A stretch of 64,000 bases of DNA, taken from the NCBI GenBank assembly GCA_044226015.1, contig JBGAHS010000001.1, forward strand, positions 800,001 to 864,000. Reading direction: 5' to 3'. The position numbers were made by a program, and so were the translations under genes. The stretch is from Candidatus Obscuribacteraceae bacterium (lineage in GTDB: Bacteria > Cyanobacteriota > Vampirovibrionia > Obscuribacterales > Obscuribacteraceae). Under the pieces are notes generated by a model. The model saw only the letters and a program-made list of their open reading frames with translations. It was not told the origin of the DNA and made no database searches. Numbering within the stretch: the first letter of the stretch is position 1; every line of letters starts with the position of its first letter. This document shows, piece after piece, positions 58,761 to 64,000 of the stretch.

Positions 58761-59261
58761 GTGAGAAACAAAGGGTTCACTCTGGTCGAATTGCTAGTAG
58801 TTGTTATTATCATTGGTATTCTCGCTGCAATTTCTCTGGCCAATTATGTTTCCGCGAGCAAGAAAGCGAAGAATGCATCTATACGTTCTTGCATGCGGAC
58901 AATACAGATAACCTCCGAAAACTATGCCACTGATAGTGGTGGCAGATATTCGACGACAGCAGCAGGACCTTTCTTGAATTATCTGCCGGGGGGCAGTAAT
59001 AATCCATTTGGATCCGCTGGTATAATGCCTGCTAATCCATTGACTGGGCAAGCAGGGTCTATATCTGATGCTGGAATCGCGACATCGAAAGCTCTGGTGA
59101 CCTTGCGTTCTAAAGCTCCGACTGGTGCGACAGCATCAGCAGGCAACACTTCATACAGTCAGGTTGACTCGGGTGACTCTTACGCTGTAACAGGCAGTGA
59201 TGTCGACGGTACCTATATATCTAACTCCGGAGGTGGGACTCTGGTATTATCGAATCAGTAA
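58761..59261 (+). CDS. Type IV pilin-like protein 2 (divergent paralogue)
   Basis: MRNKG|FTLVELLVVVIIIGILAAISL; same C-terminal LVLSNQ. Confidence 0.9.
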   Translation: MRNKGFTLVELLVVVIIIGILAAISLANYVSASKKAKNASIRSCMRTIQITSENYATDSGGRYSTTAAGPFLNYLPGGSNNPFGSAGIMPANPLTGQAGSISDAGIATSKALVTLRSKAPTGATASAGNTSYSQVDSGDSYAVTGSDVDGTYISNSGGGTLVLSNQ

Positions 59262-59291
59262 GTATTGTGATTACTAAAGGGGGGCTAAGAA

Positions 59292-59801
59292 ATGCTCAAT
59301 AAAAAGCGCAGCGGTTTTACGCTCGTTGAACTTTTGGTGGTGGTTGTTATTATCGGTATTCTTGCTGCGATAGCTTTACCGAATTTTATTGGTGCTCAAA
59401 AGAAAGCCAAGGCTGCTGCAGTCAAAGGCAACTGTAGGACAGTTCAGATTGCTGCAGAGTCCTATGCGACAGATTCCGGCGGTGCTTATGCTGCCGATGC
59501 AACTGGAAGTTTGAGAAACTATTTGCCAGGTGGTTCGAACACCATGACCGGAACTGCTGGCACGATGGCTGTTAATCCGGTGACCGGGGCTGTTGGTGCG
59601 ATTGCAAAGGGAACTTTGGTGACTTCTGCTGCCATCACCGCTCAACGTGCCAAAGCCGTTGGTGCTGGAACTGCTGCTGCTGGTTCGCAGGATTATGTGG
59701 CTGCTGACAGCGGCAACTCGTATGCCATCACAGGAAGTGACCCAGATGGAAACTACCTGGCAGGTGTAGGTGGAAAATGTTTGGTGCTCTCAAACCAATA
59801 G
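59292..59801 (+). CDS. Type IV pilin-like protein 3 (near-identical to pilin 1)
   Basis: MLNKKRSG|FTLVE...; 4 substitutions versus pilin 1 in the mature protein. Confidence 0.93.
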   Translation: MLNKKRSGFTLVELLVVVVIIGILAAIALPNFIGAQKKAKAAAVKGNCRTVQIAAESYATDSGGAYAADATGSLRNYLPGGSNTMTGTAGTMAVNPVTGAVGAIAKGTLVTSAAITAQRAKAVGAGTAAAGSQDYVAADSGNSYAITGSDPDGNYLAGVGGKCLVLSNQ

Positions 59802-59835
59802 GTATCTAGGCACTGTACTAAGCAAGCGAACTTCG

Positions 59836-59869
59836 GAGCAGGATCTATAATGGTCCTGCTCTCCTTTTT
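59836..59869 (+). terminator. Terminator or attenuating hairpin after the pilin cluster
   Basis: gagcaggatc-tataat-ggtcctgctc followed by a pyrimidine/T run. Confidence 0.65.
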
Positions 59870-59890
59870 ACCCTAAACGGTTTTCACTTT

Positions 59891-60742
59891 TTGCAAATGA
59901 CAAAATCTGCCTGCTCGAGTAACACACTGAAGGCCCTGCTGGTGCTTATTCCAGCTTGCATTGTCATGCAACTTAGTCATGTTCAATTGATAAAGGCGAT
60001 TCCGTTTCAGTTTAAGTTTGAACGAACAAGAATGATCTTAAAAGCCGAAAACGCAAGAGCCGCTTCTCTTGGCTTCACTCGTGTTTTGGCGGATCTCAAT
60101 TGGCTCGGTTTCGTTCAATATTATGGCGATAAGAGAGTTGTTCCTGAAGGATTTAAGTTTGCCTCGGATTTTCTAAATCTGATTATTGAGTTAGATCCAC
60201 ACTTCAAGGCTCCATACTGGTTCGCTTCTTTCATACTCGCTGGTGAATTACACGACAACGAGGCCGCCACAAAGATTCTCGACAAGGGAATAAAGTTGAA
60301 CCCCACAAACTGGGAGCTCTGCTACATTGCAGGGTTCAATCAGTACATGTATGGATATGACAAAAAAGCCGTTCGCCGACAAGACCCGGCTGCTATTCGG
60401 CAGCGCAATTTAAGCTTGGACAAAGCCGCTGACTACTATGAACAGGCGGCTAAGATTGCGGGAGCCCCTTCCTGGTTGAAGGGCTTTGCGAAAATTATGC
60501 GTTCTCATGCTCTAGATATAGTGTCTGAGATCAGGCAGTGGGAGAAAACATTCAATACTAGTGACAGCCTGGTAGTTCGTCAGCACGCTGTTGAACAATT
60601 ACAAGAGCTGTATTCGATTCTCTACTACATCTCACCCAATGATGCCTATCGTAATCGTGCAACAAGCGGTCTGCATCAGCTCGACGTTCCGTTACTTGAG
60701 AAGTCCAAGCTGCCAACGAATTGGCAGGATAATAAATTGTAG
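59891..60742 (+). CDS. Pilin-locus TPR-like accessory protein (XapA/PilG-like)
   Basis: SLGFTRVLADLNWLGFVQYYG, LDPHF..PY, ILDKGIKLNP.NWEL, YYEQAA....AP; directly follows the pilins. Confidence 0.65.
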   Translation: MQMTKSACSSNTLKALLVLIPACIVMQLSHVQLIKAIPFQFKFERTRMILKAENARAASLGFTRVLADLNWLGFVQYYGDKRVVPEGFKFASDFLNLIIELDPHFKAPYWFASFILAGELHDNEAATKILDKGIKLNPTNWELCYIAGFNQYMYGYDKKAVRRQDPAAIRQRNLSLDKAADYYEQAAKIAGAPSWLKGFAKIMRSHALDIVSEIRQWEKTFNTSDSLVVRQHAVEQLQELYSILYYISPNDAYRNRATSGLHQLDVPLLEKSKLPTNWQDNKL

Positions 60743-60806
60743 TGAGAAATCGATAAGCATCTGGGATAATCGTCTTGCGTTTCTATAAAGTACAACTGGA
60801 GCTTCT

Positions 60807-63800
60807 GTGCAAAATTTCAAGGGGAAGTTTGACACCCGGTTTTTGATTACTGCTGGGCTTTTTCTGTTCTCAGGATTAAGCAGCTTAATTTATCAAGTAA
60901 TCTGGACCCGCTTACTTGTATTTGTTTTTGGCTCAACGACATTTGCAACTTCTACAGTACTTTCAGTCTTCATGGGCGGTTTGGCGCTTGGTTCTTATCT
61001 GGCAGGAAACCGGGCTGATCGCATAAAGAAACCTCTTTTAGCTTATGGAATTTTGGAATTCGCAATTGGTGTCTGGGCTCTGCTGACGCCTGTACTCTTC
61101 TCTGCGGCAATACCAATTTACAAAGCCTTCTTTGAATCGTTGCATTTGCAACCGATCGTTTTTGGAATGCTTCGTTACGCGATTGCTTCTGTAATCTTGC
61201 TTTTACCGACTGCCTGTATGGGCGCAACGCTACCACTGTTGTCTAGATATGTGACCGAAAGTTTGGAGCAGGTCGGTGACAGGGTTGGCACCTTGTATGG
61301 CATAAACACGCTTGGCGCCGTTTTAGGATCTATACTCGGCGGCTTTGTGCTAATTCCTAATTTGGGGCTGAGCATGACTACCAATATTGCTGCGGCAATA
61401 AACGTGCTGTTGATGCTAGCTGTTCTTGGAATTTCAAAATTGCCTTCTTTTGCAGCAAGAAACGCAAGCATCGCGGAATCCATCGAAGCTGCTCCGAAGT
61501 CGGAGGGTGAAAAACTTTCACCGCTTGTAAAAGCGACGATGATCAGCTTTGGCATTTCTGGCGCCCTGGCTATGATTTATGAAGTGGCGTGGACTCGTGC
61601 CCTTTTGATGGTTATAGGCTCTACCACGTATGCGTTCACTGTTATGTTGTCGGCATTCCTTGTCGGAATTTTTGCAGGAAGTTTAATAGCTGCGCGTTTT
61701 GTAGACAAAATGAAAGCTCCGGTTATTGGTTTTGCAATAGCTGAGATCGTTTTGAGTTTTTTCGGTTTAGTAGCGCTTTTCACGTTCAATCATCTTCCTT
61801 ATATAAACTTGATTGCCGGAATTCAATTAAAAGAAAGTCCTGATCTGACATTGTGTTTCCGATTCTTTGCGGCTGGGCTGGTACTTCTACCGATCTCACT
61901 CTGTCTGGGAATGATCTTTCCTCTTGCAGTAAAAGTTTGTGCGCAAGATCTCGCCAGAATCGGAAAGTCTCTAGGGCAACTCTATTCAATTAACACGGTG
62001 GGCGCCATCATTGGTGCCTTCCTGGCGGGCTTCGTTGTGATACCAGTTTTTGGTACAGAGCAAGCGCTCGTGCTTACTTCCCTTGTTAATTTGTTGCTTG
62101 GCGCAGTGCTCTTGTTCATGTTCTCACAGCTCAAGTACTCGATTAAGTTGTTGACTGTCGCCACGTCTATCATTTCCATCGTCGTTGTATCCGTAAACCC
62201 GCCTCGCTTCTTTGACATTAATCAGATTGTTGGTGCGCAAAGCTTCCGTCGTTTCTTGATCAACCAACCAAACGTTACGACAGAAAATGCTGCCAGCATA
62301 TTTAATGATCTACTTGCTGACGGTAGCATTGAATACTATAAAGAAGGCAAGTCAGCTAACGTCGCAATCAGAAAGAGTGGATCGCAAGGCTTTCACTCGC
62401 TTATTACCAATGGGCACATTGATGCTTCTGATGAGTTTGATATGAGCAATCAAGCAATGCTAGCTGCTCTTCCTTTGCTTTCCAAGCCAAATAACAACGA
62501 CGAAGTATGCGTCATCGGTTGGGGCAGCGGCGTGACTACTGGTTATGCACTTCGCTTTCCCATAAAAGAAATGGTTTGCTCTGAACTAGAGCCTGTGGTT
62601 ATTGAAACCAGTCCTTTTTTCCATGCCGTAAATTTCAAGCCTGAAGAGGATAAACGATGCGTCATCGAGCCTTCAGATGGAAGAAACTATTTGCTTGGAA
62701 CTTCGAAAAAATTCGACGCAATAATTTCGGAGCCCTCTAATCCATGGCAAGCTGGTGTTTGTAATCTCTTTACGAAAGAGTATTTCCAAATTTGTAAGGA
62801 TGGATTAAAGCCTGGTGGTGTTTTCACAATGTGGTCTCAGGTTAGTGAGATTCCGACGAAAGATTTGCGCAACGTTTTTTCTGCTCTGCACTCCGCTTTT
62901 CCAGAAGTGTTTATTTTCGACAGTGGAAATGGTTGCGACGTAGTTGCTCTTGCTTATCCTGAAAAGCATAAGTTCAATTTTGAGCAAGTAAAGAAGAATA
63001 TTGAGTTGCCCGGAGTTCGCGACTCACTAAGGCGTTTTCAATTGTTGTCTGCTGAAGATTTCTTTGCGCGTCTTGTAGCCACACCAAATAAGGTGGATGG
63101 TGAAATCGCTGGAATTGAGCCAAACTCAGATGAGCGAAATTATTTGGAATATGACATTGCAAAGACTTACGAAAACAAGTCTTTCAATTTGAACAATCAA
63201 GATTGGCTTCGTTCGATGCATGGTGCCGTCTGGGACTATGTTGATTGGGGGCAAATGTCCGATGAGGACAAGGCGAAGGAGTTTTTGAATATCGCAAGGT
63301 CGTGTGTTAGCTATCCTGCTCTTGCCAGGAGTACTCGTGCATTAGATTGGGCTCAAGAGTCAATGAAGCTAAAGCCGAGTGCTGATGCACTTGCTTTTAT
63401 TGCCGACATGCATGTTTCGGACAGACAGTTTAAAAACGCTGAAGAGGTGCTTGCGCAGGGGCGAAAATTGTATCCGACTGATGCGCGTTTCTTCGGGCTT
63501 GAAGGGGTGATGGCTCTCAAGAATTGCGACTATAACAAGGCGCTGTCGTTTCTTTCTGATGCGGTTAAGATTGCTCCAGACAATTTCAATTTCCGCTATT
63601 ACCTGGCGCTTTGTTATTCGAATTTGAATCTGCAGCAAGCGTACAAACTTTATGTTCCGCCGACAAAGACTGACCCTGCCAAAGTAATTGAACTGTGTCT
63701 CAAGCCAGCCGACGACCAGGCTTTTGTCAAAGGCAAACCACAAATCCTTGCACTTATTGCTGACTCCTATCTGAAGATTGGTAAGCCAGCGCAAGCCATT

Positions 63801-64000
63801 TCTTATTTGCAAAGACTGCTTGCTATCAGTCCGAATGGTTACTTGACCTGGCGCTTGCTCGGTCGAGCTTATGATGCACAGAATGATTGGAATCGGGCGG
63901 CTGTCTCGTACTCGAAATCAATGTCGATTGCAGCAAAAGAAGCTCCTGCGTTTACCAAGCGAATTCAAGGATTTATGGATCGCAAAGTCTATGATCTCGC
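60807..64000 (+). CDS. Fused membrane domain / spermidine-synthase-like / TPR protein, 3'-truncated by the window and absent from the ORF track
   Basis: GGAG then GTG 60807; SGLSSLIYQVIWTRLL..VFGST, LYGINTLGA, VIGWGSGVT, DGRNYL, FDAIISEPSNPW, all in one frame that is open at the window end. Confidence 0.9.
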   Translation, partial: MQNFKGKFDTRFLITAGLFLFSGLSSLIYQVIWTRLLVFVFGSTTFATSTVLSVFMGGLALGSYLAGNRADRIKKPLLAYGILEFAIGVWALLTPVLFSAAIPIYKAFFESLHLQPIVFGMLRYAIASVILLLPTACMGATLPLLSRYVTESLEQVGDRVGTLYGINTLGAVLGSILGGFVLIPNLGLSMTTNIAAAINVLLMLAVLGISKLPSFAARNASIAESIEAAPKSEGEKLSPLVKATMISFGISGALAMIYEVAWTRALLMVIGSTTYAFTVMLSAFLVGIFAGSLIAARFVDKMKAPVIGFAIAEIVLSFFGLVALFTFNHLPYINLIAGIQLKESPDLTLCFRFFAAGLVLLPISLCLGMIFPLAVKVCAQDLARIGKSLGQLYSINTVGAIIGAFLAGFVVIPVFGTEQALVLTSLVNLLLGAVLLFMFSQLKYSIKLLTVATSIISIVVVSVNPPRFFDINQIVGAQSFRRFLINQPNVTTENAASIFNDLLADGSIEYYKEGKSANVAIRKSGSQGFHSLITNGHIDASDEFDMSNQAMLAALPLLSKPNNNDEVCVIGWGSGVTTGYALRFPIKEMVCSELEPVVIETSPFFHAVNFKPEEDKRCVIEPSDGRNYLLGTSKKFDAIISEPSNPWQAGVCNLFTKEYFQICKDGLKPGGVFTMWSQVSEIPTKDLRNVFSALHSAFPEVFIFDSGNGCDVVALAYPEKHKFNFEQVKKNIELPGVRDSLRRFQLLSAEDFFARLVATPNKVDGEIAGIEPNSDERNYLEYDIAKTYENKSFNLNNQDWLRSMHGAVWDYVDWGQMSDEDKAKEFLNIARSCVSYPALARSTRALDWAQESMKLKPSADALAFIADMHVSDRQFKNAEEVLAQGRKLYPTDARFFGLEGVMALKNCDYNKALSFLSDAVKIAPDNFNFRYYLALCYSNLNLQQAYKLYVPPTKTDPAKVIELCLKPADDQAFVKGKPQILALIADSYLKIGKPAQAISYLQRLLAISPNGYLTWRLLGRAYDAQNDWNRAAVSYSKSMSIAAKEAPAFTKRIQGFMDRKVYDL

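Noticed and set aside
58156..59801. Diversity-generating retroelement or silent-cassette antigenic variation
   Set aside because: No reverse transcriptase; differences are synonymous rather than adenine-specific; all three copies retain starts and prepilin leaders

Overview
Gene-dense bacterial chromosomal window with about 50 CDS and one tRNA-Phe(GAA); no integrase, transposase or CRISPR array was seen. Gene content (LPS GT9 enzymes, TonB-C/TPR protein, cyanobacterial-type DprA-like SLOG protein, DUF4388 signalling protein, no photosynthesis genes) suggests a non-photosynthetic relative of Cyanobacteria (Vampirovibrionia/Melainabacteria, Obscuribacterales-like); this is inference only. Recognisable genes: a CzcA/CusA-type metal-efflux operon, MFS, alpha-hydroxy-acid oxidase, TauE/DUF1634/ClC, selB, a surface-glycan cluster, ndk, pcrA/uvrD, mraY, a GAF kinase plus HD-GYP regulator, three tandem type IV pilin-like genes, and a membrane/spermidine-synthase/TPR fusion that runs off the right edge and is missing from the ORF track. 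Most unusual: (1) at 41.35-42.7 kb, a near-consensus sigma70 promoter with an internal palindrome drives a candidate ~390-nt highly structured minus-strand RNA that I cannot assign to a known class. It lies next to a 35-bp tandem-repeat array and a Lys/Ala/Pro-tailed ribbon-helix-helix gene whose multi-hairpin leader is partly complementary to the RNA. (2) A CxxC + RAPP arrest-peptide-like leader precedes the metal exporter, with a hairpin abutting the next start codon. (3) PcrA carries a ~190-aa prion-like [G/S]YG linker. (4) Two pilins are almost identical in protein yet heavily diverged at synonymous sites. (5) There is an orphan DotI/IcmL-like gene. All RNA structures were paired by eye, not computed.
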